Source of the DNA: a virus
Lineage: Duplodnaviria > Caudoviricetes
Reading direction: 5' to 3' (one strand)
Virus record (IMG/VR): IMGVR_UViG_3300005739_000078
Span: 1 to 25,399 of that record
DNA length: 25,399 bases
Made by a program: the position numbers and the translations under genes. Under the pieces are notes generated by a model, which saw only the letters and a list, made by a program, of their open reading frames with translations, had not been told where the DNA came from and searched no databases. This document shows, in pieces, positions 9,419-16,879 of this stretch. The first letter of the stretch is position 1. Each line of letters starts with the position of its first letter.

Positions 9419-9832
9419 ATGGAACAGAAAATCATTGTTGGATACATACCGAAACTTCTTTTCAAACTTTATTTAAGTTTGAAGGAAAAATTTGACCCTA
9501 GACCTCCAATCACTCATCAAGAAAAAACCTCAGTTGAAATTTGTTTGAAATTAATAGATAAACAAAATTCTAACTTAGTTTATACACCAAAAACATTGAA
9601 GAGAATTATCATCGATAATGAACACGAAATGTTCATTGTAATTCAGAATCGTACAATCTTCTTAATCAATCACGTTTATAGTTACAGTGTTTATATCGAG
9701 AATAACGAACTATATGATGAGTTATTGGATAAATTCGATATGGAACTTGAGCAACGCAGACAGAAATTAGAAGAGGAAATAACAAATAATATACAACATT
9801 CTTTGGAGAATATTCTTGAGAGAATCAATTAA
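9419..9832 (+). CDS. hypothetical protein (137 aa)
   Basis: Clean ORF with its own host-type promoter; stop overlaps the convergent gene's stop (shared TTAA). Confidence 0.75.
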   Translation: MEQKIIVGYIPKLLFKLYLSLKEKFDPRPPITHQEKTSVEICLKLIDKQNSNLVYTPKTLKRIIIDNEHEMFIVIQNRTIFLINHVYSYSVYIENNELYDELLDKFDMELEQRRQKLEEEITNNIQHSLENILERIN

Positions 9833-10722
9833 TATTTTCCCGACAAATACACATAAAGTACTTCAGGAATTTTGAAACACATGCTTCTTTCACCCTTTTG
9901 ATTAATACAAGGGGTTGCTTTTAAATTCGAAACCAATTTTTTAATTTCATATGGTGCTTTTTGAATACCCTGATAAATTTGGAAAACTGGGTAATATTTT
10001 TGGGAGTCATATACCTCTTTCAAAATTCTTTTTACAAGAATTTCTATAGATTCTTTTTTTGTGTTGTATGAGGTCATTGTTGGACTATTTCCCGTTCCGA
10101 CTTTTGGGTTTTTTTTCTCTGCTTTTCTTTTTTGTTGACATGCAGAACGTTTTTGGGAATCGCTCATCTTTGAGGCAACATGAACTGCTCTACACTTTGG
10201 ATATCCTTTAGACTCTGCCTCAGGTCTTCCACAAGGAGGATGTTTCCCATTTTCTTTCCTACAGATATTAACCCAAGGTCCTTTAGGTTGTTTGCTACCT
10301 TTAGGTTTCTTTTTTGTACCGAACCATACAGCCAAATCTTCTTTTAGAACCTTTTCGAAATTTTCTTTGGGAATTTTTGCAAGTTTTCTTATATAATCTG
10401 GAGTTCCAGGTACATCACTACCCTTGGGAGAATATCCATTGATTGGATTTCCATCATCATCATTTTGGGAAAACATAGCGGCGGCTTTTTTGGCTTTTTT
10501 TATAGATTTTCTTTCATTGTCTCTGATAGTTTTTTTACTCCTCTCCATTTGTCCATCATAACTATCATATGCATTCATCGCACTAACATAGTCTGAAACT
10601 GGAATGTTGAAAGGTTTCAATTGTTCTATTTCCCAAATTTGTGGAGCTAAGACCAAAGGAACTTTCATTTTACCTGAACTTCCAGCACCTGTAGCTTCTG
10701 ATATTTGTTTTTTTAACTTCAT
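9829..10722 (-). CDS. modular basic hypothetical protein, putative internal head protein
   Basis: Start reassigned to MKLKKQISE at 10722, 11 nt after the TATTTATA motif. Contains DLAVWF...GPWVNIC...PCGR...YPKCR and ESIEILVKRILKE segments. Confidence 0.75.
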   Translation of the reverse strand: MKLKKQISEATGAGSSGKMKVPLVLAPQIWEIEQLKPFNIPVSDYVSAMNAYDSYDGQMERSKKTIRDNERKSIKKAKKAAAMFSQNDDDGNPINGYSPKGSDVPGTPDYIRKLAKIPKENFEKVLKEDLAVWFGTKKKPKGSKQPKGPWVNICRKENGKHPPCGRPEAESKGYPKCRAVHVASKMSDSQKRSACQQKRKAEKKNPKVGTGNSPTMTSYNTKKESIEILVKRILKEVYDSQKYYPVFQIYQGIQKAPYEIKKLVSNLKATPCINQKGERSMCFKIPEVLYVYLSGKY

Positions 10723-10733
10723 TTCTATCTTAG

Positions 10734-10741
10734 TATAAATA
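10734..10741 (-). promoter_or_regulatory. TATTTATA motif, putative late promoter
   Basis: Reads TATTTATA on the minus strand 11 nt before ATG 10722. It also reads TATAAATA on plus, 15 nt before ATG 10757, so this copy is ambiguous. Confidence 0.5.
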
Positions 10742-10756
10742 TAATCAAAAAAGAAT

Positions 10757-10999
10757 ATGCACAAATCTAATGTTGAATCGATAGGAGAATTATTTGGTTC
10801 AATTCAATACAAATCTGATGATGACCTGAATAACCTTTTAGAAAATTTAAATGATGTTCAAGCTTTATATTTTTTAAATTTGGCTTTGGAAATTTCTAAG
10901 TCACAAAATATATTCAGTTTAGTTGAATTAGAAATTTTATCAAAATCATTTAGAATAATAAAAAAAGAAAATTCTAATGACCGAAAAGACAAAGTCTGA
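10757..10999 (+). CDS. hypothetical protein (80 aa)
   Basis: Fills the gap between minus-strand genes; A-rich leader; helical. Confidence 0.65.
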   Translation: MHKSNVESIGELFGSIQYKSDDDLNNLLENLNDVQALYFLNLALEISKSQNIFSLVELEILSKSFRIIKKENSNDRKDKV

Positions 11000-11168
11000 G
11001 TTAATTACAAGAATAATTGAGTTGGAGTACGAAATCACTTCGTCAATAATCGAAGGTCATAAACCTTTCATAAATGACCATTTTCAGGATAAAAGGAATG
11101 AATTGAGAATTCTAAGATGTTTATTGTTTGGATACGAGAGTCAATATTGTAACAAGTTTAATAAATAA
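10977..11168 (+). CDS. hypothetical protein (63 aa)
   Basis: Overlaps the previous ORF and ends directly at the terminator hairpin. Confidence 0.55.
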   Translation: MTEKTKSELITRIIELEYEITSSIIEGHKPFINDHFQDKRNELRILRCLLFGYESQYCNKFNK

Positions 11169-11193
11169 AAAAAGGGTCCCGAAGGACCCTTTT
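11167..11193 (-). terminator. Rho-independent terminator after the major capsid gene, probably bidirectional
   Basis: Minus strand reads AAAAGGGTCC-TTCG-GGACCC-TTTTTTT: GC stem, C(UUCG)G tetraloop and U-tract; plus strand also has a T-run after the stem. Confidence 0.9.
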
Positions 11194-11212
11194 ATATTTT
11201 GGTTAGACCATA

Positions 11213-13045
11213 TTATCTCAACTCTCTCAAATCAAATGTTCTAACACCATCAACTGTGATTCTACCATAGAATCTGTTGTTCACCATTTTCTTAGCGTAT
11301 CTAGTCATGATACCTTTGATTGGTGTAAAGTTGAATGGATTATACATTGTTGGAGTAAGTTGTAAAGGTACATATGGTGCGTAGATGTAACCTGTGTCAA
11401 GTAAAGATGTACCTTTGTGACCCAACAACACTTGGTTTGGTGGGAAATAAGGGTCTCTATACACTTGATATCTTCCAGCTAAAGTACCAACTCTTTCAAT
11501 ACCCATGTTGTATTGGTCTTGCTCAGGAGCAGCGTTTGATACGTGGAAATACTCCAAGTCGTCAAAAATTGCACTGATTTCAGAAGATACAACAATCCAG
11601 TTAGCTCCACCTCTTAAGGTAGATTTGTGGATTTGAGCTGAAATTTGGTTGATTGCTGTGATAAGCGTTTGGTTCCAGTCTTTCTGAGTATAAGGTACTG
11701 CGTTAGAACCTAATCTCTTCCAACCGTTGTAGTCCCATCTCAAGTTCCAAGCCGCACCTTTTCTGAGGTCTCTCAAGATTTCTCTATCGATTTCAGCCGC
11801 AACTTGCTCAGACAATAAAGCTGTTAATTCAGCCTCAGCGTCGATGTTGTGGAAAGCTGCAACGTCTTGTGCCATCTCTGGTGACCATTGTGCTCTTAAT
11901 TTTCTTTCAGTTACAGAAACTGTTACTGACATAAGGTCAAATGAAACCTCACCGATTCTATCTTCGAACTCGAGGTTCTTGTAGATTCTATAAACAGGAA
12001 TAAACGCGTTGTTAGTTGCTGTTGTAGATGAGAATGTTTGTCCTGTGTAACCATCGATAGAACCTTGACAGTTGATACAAGTTGGAACTTGTAAATCAAC
12101 TTCTAAGTAGATTTCACCGTTTGGAGTACAAAGGTCATCGTACTGACCACCACCTGTTTTAGATGAAGGCCAAGCAGCCGTTGCGTTATTATTACCATAC
12201 TGTACAATTCCCTTACCATATCTCTGAGTTACAACTCTGAAAAGTAATGGACCTGTAGCATTTCCGTTTAAATTAGCTGTAGTTGCAGTTGTTGGATAAA
12301 TTGTCAAATCCGAAAGGAATGATTCGTTATCCATAGGTTGACCATCAGGACCAATTAACTTACCTGCCCCATCTGTAGCAAATCCTGACATGATTAAAAG
12401 AACTTTTCTGAAGTTCAAATTACTGTTAGGGAAGTTTGTAAGATTGTAAGCAGTTGTGTCCAAATTCAACGTTACGTTATTCCAAGCTGCAGTTACACAA
12501 GAAGCTGTAACAGCTGAGAATTCTCCCTTAGAATAATCGAAAAGACCTGGTGGGTCTAATGCTGGTTCTTCACCCTCATAGAATTTGTCATACAAAGTTC
12601 TACCAGTGTTGTAATTGTATCCAACATTTGGATTTGCTGGACCACCTGGTGCCCCATAAGGAGGGAAGTGAATTCCTGAATCCGAATTTGGTAATCCACC
12701 AACTTCGTAATTTTGGATGTTAGGTACAAAGTAAAACAATTTACCGATTGGTAAGTTCATTGCTTGTACAGAAACGATATCGTTTGCTAATAATTTTGAG
12801 AAAACTCTTCTAACGATAGGGAAAACCACAGTTTCAAAAGCACCTGTATCAGAAGTTGTTGAAGCTTCGTTGATAAGGTATGACGCTTGGTTTTCATAAA
12901 GTTGAGCTACGTTCTCTCTCATGTGACCTTTAAGACCCTCTAAGAATCCTAATTTGTCCCATTTGCTGATTGTGTCTTCTTTGATAACTTTAAGGTGCTT
13001 AAGACCGATGTTACCAACAAGACCTGATTCTAATAATGCTCCCAT
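11213..13045 (-). CDS. gp23: major capsid protein (T4 gp23 family)
   Basis: FPIVRRVF...DIVSVQAMNLPIGKLFY, RKLRAQWSPEMAQDVAAFHNIDAEAELTALLSEQVAAEIDREI and YAPYVPL...FTPIKGIMTRY are gp23 signature blocks. Confidence 0.97.
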   Translation of the reverse strand: MGALLESGLVGNIGLKHLKVIKEDTISKWDKLGFLEGLKGHMRENVAQLYENQASYLINEASTTSDTGAFETVVFPIVRRVFSKLLANDIVSVQAMNLPIGKLFYFVPNIQNYEVGGLPNSDSGIHFPPYGAPGGPANPNVGYNYNTGRTLYDKFYEGEEPALDPPGLFDYSKGEFSAVTASCVTAAWNNVTLNLDTTAYNLTNFPNSNLNFRKVLLIMSGFATDGAGKLIGPDGQPMDNESFLSDLTIYPTTATTANLNGNATGPLLFRVVTQRYGKGIVQYGNNNATAAWPSSKTGGGQYDDLCTPNGEIYLEVDLQVPTCINCQGSIDGYTGQTFSSTTATNNAFIPVYRIYKNLEFEDRIGEVSFDLMSVTVSVTERKLRAQWSPEMAQDVAAFHNIDAEAELTALLSEQVAAEIDREILRDLRKGAAWNLRWDYNGWKRLGSNAVPYTQKDWNQTLITAINQISAQIHKSTLRGGANWIVVSSEISAIFDDLEYFHVSNAAPEQDQYNMGIERVGTLAGRYQVYRDPYFPPNQVLLGHKGTSLLDTGYIYAPYVPLQLTPTMYNPFNFTPIKGIMTRYAKKMVNNRFYGRITVDGVRTFDLRELR

Positions 13046-13076
13046 TTTTTTGAGTATTTTAGTTTTTGTTTATTTA

Positions 13077-14708
13077 TTATCTTATTTTACTCATTAAATC
13101 TTTCATTCTTAAGAACTGAGGATTTTCATAAGTTTTTGATTCGATAAGATTAACCGCAGAACCTGAAGAAACTGTATTATTTAATTTGTTTTCAACTGAT
13201 TCTGTGATTGGTTTAGTATCAACACTTGATAATTCATCTTTGATTGCTTTGTAAAGATTTTTAGATTCTTTCAAAGTTTCAACTCCGTCGAATCTTCTCA
13301 AAATGTTGATTTTTTCTTTTTTAGTTGTTGAGTGCTCAGTGAAGAGTCTTGTAGCGTAAGCTAAATTGGAATTGAAGATTGCAACTTCATTCAATTTATC
13401 TCTGAAAATATTCAAAGCTTTTCTGTACTCTTCATTTTTTTCTCTCAACATACTTACTTCTGACTCCAGTGATTCAACCTTAACTCCGTTTTTACCATAC
13501 ACATAGTTTCTATTGTTAGTAACGCCTTTTCTGAGACCTCTACCTTCTTTAGAACCAAAAGCGTATGACCTAGCAGCTTCTTTGGTTTCTTTTTTCTCGT
13601 AGTCTTTGTAGTGACCTTTAACATCACCAGCCTTCTTTTCTACGCCATCAACCTTTTTACGTTTGAATTCGTGTTTTTTGGAACCCCAAGCTTCTTTAGT
13701 TTCCACTTTTTTAGCTTTTCCTTCCATATTTTCACCTTTTTTATATTCAAACTTAGCTTTGCCAGTACCTACTGATTTAGGTCCTTGTTTTTTCTTTTCG
13801 TTGAATCCACCTGAAGTTTTTTTGTATGAAAATTTTGGTCCGCTTCCAATTCCAACTCCGACTGGTTTTTTTGCTTTTTTAGGATTGTAGGATTCATCCA
13901 TAGAATCAGAATATTCTTCATCCATTTCTGCTTCCTCGTCATCCATTTCTTCCTCATCTTCGTCTTCATCTTGTTCGTCCATTTCTTCTTCTTGTTCGTC
14001 CATCTCTTCTTCCTGCTCATCCATCTCCTCTTCTTCGTCCATTTCTTCTTCCTCTTCGTCTAATTCATCTTCATCTCCTTCAGAGAATTCGATTTCATAA
14101 ACCACATCTTCAACATCCATTGTTTCTTCATCTTCAACTGGAGACATTTCATCTTCAGTATCCATTTCCATATCAACTTCAGTATCACCTGTAGCATCTT
14201 TAGAGAAAAGTTGGTCGATGATAGCGTCGATGTCTGATTGTTCGTCCATCTCTTCTTCCTGTTCCTCCATTTCTTTTTCTTCTACTTCTTCTTGCTCTTG
14301 CAACTTAATCAGATATTCGTTATCTGAACCGTTGTCTTTGAGGTGAATGTCTTCACCATCTTTTGTTACGATAATTCCGTCATTTTCACCCATAGCTTTG
14401 AAAACTTTTAAAATTTCCTCATCAGAAGCATCAGTCAAGTCAATGGGTTCTTCGTCTGAGTCCATGTCAGGAAGTTCAACGTCCATTTCGACTTCGTCTT
14501 CATTATCAGTATCCATGACATCATCATCTGTTGTCATGTCAACATCTAAATCAACCTCGTCTTGTTCAGAAAGAGATTCTTTTACTAATTGATTGATTTC
14601 TTCCTTCATAGTAGAAGCAAGTATTCCTTTTGCGTTTTCGGCGATAGCTTCTTCAACATTTTTCATTTGAATCAACGCCTCTTGTACTAAATTTTTATTA
14701 TCTTGCAT
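13077..14708 (-). CDS. prohead core scaffolding protein (gp22-like)
   Basis: Directly upstream of the capsid gene; extremely acidic middle; C-terminal coiled coil (LREKNEEYRKAL...) with repeated [LI]-x-ES sites. Confidence 0.75.
   Translation of the reverse strand: MQDNKNLVQEALIQMKNVEEAIAENAKGILASTMKEEINQLVKESLSEQDEVDLDVDMTTDDDVMDTDNEDEVEMDVELPDMDSDEEPIDLTDASDEEILKVFKAMGENDGIIVTKDGEDIHLKDNGSDNEYLIKLQEQEEVEEKEMEEQEEEMDEQSDIDAIIDQLFSKDATGDTEVDMEMDTEDEMSPVEDEETMDVEDVVYEIEFSEGDEDELDEEEEEMDEEEEMDEQEEEMDEQEEEMDEQDEDEDEEEMDDEEAEMDEEYSDSMDESYNPKKAKKPVGVGIGSGPKFSYKKTSGGFNEKKKQGPKSVGTGKAKFEYKKGENMEGKAKKVETKEAWGSKKHEFKRKKVDGVEKKAGDVKGHYKDYEKKETKEAARSYAFGSKEGRGLRKGVTNNRNYVYGKNGVKVESLESEVSMLREKNEEYRKALNIFRDKLNEVAIFNSNLAYATRLFTEHSTTKKEKINILRRFDGVETLKESKNLYKAIKDELSSVDTKPITESVENKLNNTVSSGSAVNLIESKTYENPQFLRMKDLMSKIR
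13910..14080 (-). repeat. imperfect ~21-nt tandem repeats encoding (E/Q)EEEMD(E)
   Basis: Repeated ttcttcttcttgttcgtccat-like units on the plus strand; protein reads EEEEMDEEEEMDEQEEEMDEQEEEMDEQ. Confidence 0.85.
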
Positions 14709-14733
14709 AAAAATTTTTATAATTTATTTAAAC

Positions 14734-14741
14734 TATAAATA
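14734..14741 (-). promoter_or_regulatory. TATTTATA motif, putative late promoter for scaffold and capsid genes
   Basis: Exact motif 25 nt before ATG 14708. Confidence 0.6.
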
Positions 14742-14792
14742 GTGTCGAATTGAGAAAAATTTAATTTTTACCAATATTATCGGTAAATTTTA

Positions 14793-15149
14793 CTATCTTG
14801 TTAAATCCACAAACGTTTGGTCAAGTCTTGTCAAAGTATTCAAAATGTAACCCTTCTGTGCTTGTTGGTCCACTAAAAGTTGAACTTGCTTGAAATCGTC
14901 TGAAAAAACATAATAATTTTCGGTCACGTTAGCTAACTTATCTTTGAAATTCAAACGATAACTCGTCGATGCGTAAGCTGCTTTGATATCCATCGTTGAA
15001 GTAATTAAGTTTAATCCTCTGAGTTGTAATCCATTATCAATTGCCCACATTTGAGGTCTTGACCAATCCGTAGTGTAAAAAACAACATATTGATATTGTG
15101 CCGTATCAACATTGTATAAAGTACCATTTAGATATACTAATTCTGCCAT
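14793..15149 (-). CDS. hypothetical protein (118 aa)
   Basis: Start reassigned to MAELVYL at 15149, since the longer track ORF runs through the terminator and the motif; preceded by TATTTATA. Confidence 0.75.
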   Translation of the reverse strand: MAELVYLNGTLYNVDTAQYQYVVFYTTDWSRPQMWAIDNGLQLRGLNLITSTMDIKAAYASTSYRLNFKDKLANVTENYYVFSDDFKQVQLLVDQQAQKGYILNTLTRLDQTFVDLTR

Positions 15150-15161
15150 TGTATTTTTTTC

Positions 15162-15169
15162 TATAAATA
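15162..15169 (-). promoter_or_regulatory. TATTTATA motif, putative late promoter
   Basis: 12 nt before ATG 15149 and just downstream of a terminator, where a new promoter would be needed. Confidence 0.65.
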
Positions 15170-15176
15170 TCGTCCC

Positions 15177-15206
15177 AAAAAAAAAAGAGTGGAAAACCAC
15201 TCTTTT
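15177..15206 (-). terminator. Rho-independent terminator
   Basis: Minus strand reads AAAAGAGTGG-TTTT-CCACTC followed by a 10-T run, starting at the stop codon of 15205..15417. Confidence 0.85.
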
Positions 15207-15417
15207 ACTTTTCGATTACTTCATCAATTTTACTTTCGGACACGGACGTTATTCTCCATTCATAAGAAAAAGATTCGTATCTTTTTGTAACTTTTGCTTC
15301 AACGTCAGTCACAGAAAAACCTCTAACAAGTTTTTCTTCTCTAATTTTTTTTATTTTTCCTGTGTTGTCATCAGGAAGTTCATACTGAATTTTTGCGATA
15401 AAATATTTCTCGTCCAT
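15205..15417 (-). CDS. DUF4494-like small protein (70 aa)
   Basis: YFIAKIQY...GKIKKIREEKLVRGFSVTDVEAKV resembles the Bacteroidota DUF4494 pattern WFxxKxxY...GxxKKVxExYLVDAxSxTEAEARI, recalled from memory. Confidence 0.6.
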   Translation of the reverse strand: MDEKYFIAKIQYELPDDNTGKIKKIREEKLVRGFSVTDVEAKVTKRYESFSYEWRITSVSESKIDEVIEK

Positions 15418-15421
15418 ATAA

Positions 15422-16138
15422 TTATTTTCCTAAAAAGTCGGTAAGTTTTTTCATTAAATCAATAGATTTGTCAATACCTTTATCAGAGTCTTTCATCTTT
15501 TTCTCTTCCTCCAAGTTTTCTTCATACTTATCTCTTTCATTCACATCATTAAAGAGATATGCACCTGGTGTGGAGGGTGATGATACAAGGTCAAAACAAA
15601 TTAATTCAAAATCATCTTGAACTTCATTTCTTTCACCAACTTTTTTCAGAGAACCAACCCCTCTCGAAGAAATTCCTAAGGTTACACCTTGTCTCATTAA
15701 ATTAGCAGCAACATCTCCCTTACTTGATACGATACCTCTTTCGTGAAAACCTGGTGTTGTTAAGAGTTTTAATTTACCCATAAGTATGTTTTTATCCCAC
15801 CAAATGTCAGTAATTAAGTGTGATACTCGGTCCAAATCAATCAATGAAGATTCGGGGTGATTTAATTCAGATGTCGATAAGCCTTTAGAAATAGTGTTTT
15901 TATACCTTTCGGCTTCTCTTTTCAGTATTGGTTCGGGATAAAACCTTCCGTTCCTATTTGGAGTATTGAACTTCTGAAGTACAGCATAAAATTCGAACGG
16001 ATTCCTATAATCTAAATTTTTTGCCTCTTGTAATATTTTTGCATTTTTCTCATCTTTGGGTGAAATATACCCCGCATCCATTTCCACTAAAATTCCGTGT
16101 CCTATTTCACTCGCTTCAAGAATTTTCAATTTTTTCAT
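15422..16138 (-). CDS. gp21: prohead core protease (T4 gp21 family)
   Basis: NRNGRFYP, ELNHP (catalytic His), LGISSRGVGS (catalytic Ser) and FDLVSSPSTPGA. Start reassigned to MKKLKILE at 16138. Confidence 0.95.
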   Translation of the reverse strand: MKKLKILEASEIGHGILVEMDAGYISPKDEKNAKILQEAKNLDYRNPFEFYAVLQKFNTPNRNGRFYPEPILKREAERYKNTISKGLSTSELNHPESSLIDLDRVSHLITDIWWDKNILMGKLKLLTTPGFHERGIVSSKGDVAANLMRQGVTLGISSRGVGSLKKVGERNEVQDDFELICFDLVSSPSTPGAYLFNDVNERDKYEENLEEEKKMKDSDKGIDKSIDLMKKLTDFLGK

Positions 16139-16151
16139 AATTCTCTTTAGA

Positions 16152-16159
16152 AATAAATA
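16152..16159 (-). promoter_or_regulatory. TATTTATT variant motif, putative late promoter
   Basis: 13 nt before ATG 16138. Confidence 0.5.
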
Positions 16160-16174
16160 TAACAATTACAAGAG

Positions 16175-16603
16175 TTATTTTTTTGTCTTGTAAAAATCAA
16201 AATAGTTGTTATTGGATAAATTATTCACGAAAATATTTTTGACAATTTTTTTTACCGAATCTTTTAGGACTATAGATTTGAAGTCTAATTCGTTTTCCAA
16301 AAAAACATTAACTTCTAAATTAAAAAAGGATTTTTTTCCCTTTGCAATTCCGCTTGTTCTCAAATCCAAATCAACAATACTTTTTTCTGTAAAAATTGTT
16401 TGAGATAATGAATTGAATACTGAATGTTTAATTTCTCTATTCAAATTACAGACTATTCTATTCCAGTTATCATAATCTGATTTGGGAGATACCCAAGATT
16501 GTATGTTTATATATACAGATTTCAAATTCCTTGAATCAACTGTTCCATAGACTGATTTTATGGGGTTGAATAAATTCAACTTTACACTTTTTCCTTTTTT
16601 CAT
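16175..16603 (-). CDS. hypothetical protein (142 aa, basic, alpha/beta)
   Basis: Clean ORF in the head cluster; no recognised motif. Confidence 0.8.
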   Translation of the reverse strand: MKKGKSVKLNLFNPIKSVYGTVDSRNLKSVYINIQSWVSPKSDYDNWNRIVCNLNREIKHSVFNSLSQTIFTEKSIVDLDLRTSGIAKGKKSFFNLEVNVFLENELDFKSIVLKDSVKKIVKNIFVNNLSNNNYFDFYKTKK

Positions 16604-16635
16604 TAAGTTTCATATTAGGTTTGTTTATTTTACAA

Positions 16636-16664
16636 AAAATAACCCATAATATTCTCAATGTCAA
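16636..16664 (-). promoter_or_regulatory. sigma70-like promoter (TTGACA-N17-TATTTT)
   Basis: Perfect TTGACA at 16664-16659, 17-nt spacer, TATTTT at 16641-16636, which continues as TATTTTTTG, a near match to TAnnTTTG. Confidence 0.45.
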
Positions 16665-16682
16665 AAAATTAATAAAAATCAG

Positions 16683-16690
16683 TATTTATT
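16683..16690 (+). promoter_or_regulatory. TATTTATT variant motif upstream of bS21
   Basis: 6 nt before ATG 16697; the motif switches strand together with the gene. Confidence 0.55.
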
Positions 16691-16696
16691 GTTTGT

Positions 16697-16879
16697 ATGT
16701 TAATAATAGAAGTAAAAAATTCAGATAACTTGGAGAAGGCTCTGAAAACTTTAAAGTCCAAAGTTATAAAAACCAAACAGAATCAAATTTTGTTGGAAAG
16801 AAAGGAATATACAAAACAATCTGTAAAAAAACGTACCAAAATTCTTAAAGCAATTTACAAACAAAGAAAAAATCAGTAG
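16697..16879 (+). CDS. rpsU: phage-encoded 30S ribosomal protein bS21
   Basis: 60-aa basic protein: MLIIEVK..NLEKALK.LK.KV.KT...L.ERKEY.KQSVKKR...KAIY. Colinear with bS21 (ExAL(K/R)RFKR...R.Y.KPS..R); the MLII start and KAxY end are Bacteroidota-type. Confidence 0.9.
   Translation: MLIIEVKNSDNLEKALKTLKSKVIKTKQNQILLERKEYTKQSVKKRTKILKAIYKQRKNQ

Noticed and set aside
13910-14080. Tandem repeats as a possible CRISPR array
   Set aside because: The units are degenerate, in frame, without unique spacers, and encode an acidic peptide; no cas genes are visible.
14767-14787. Inverted repeat TTTACC-N9-GGTAAA downstream of the 118-aa gene
   Set aside because: The stem is weak and AT-rich with no immediate U-tract, too marginal to call a terminator or operator.
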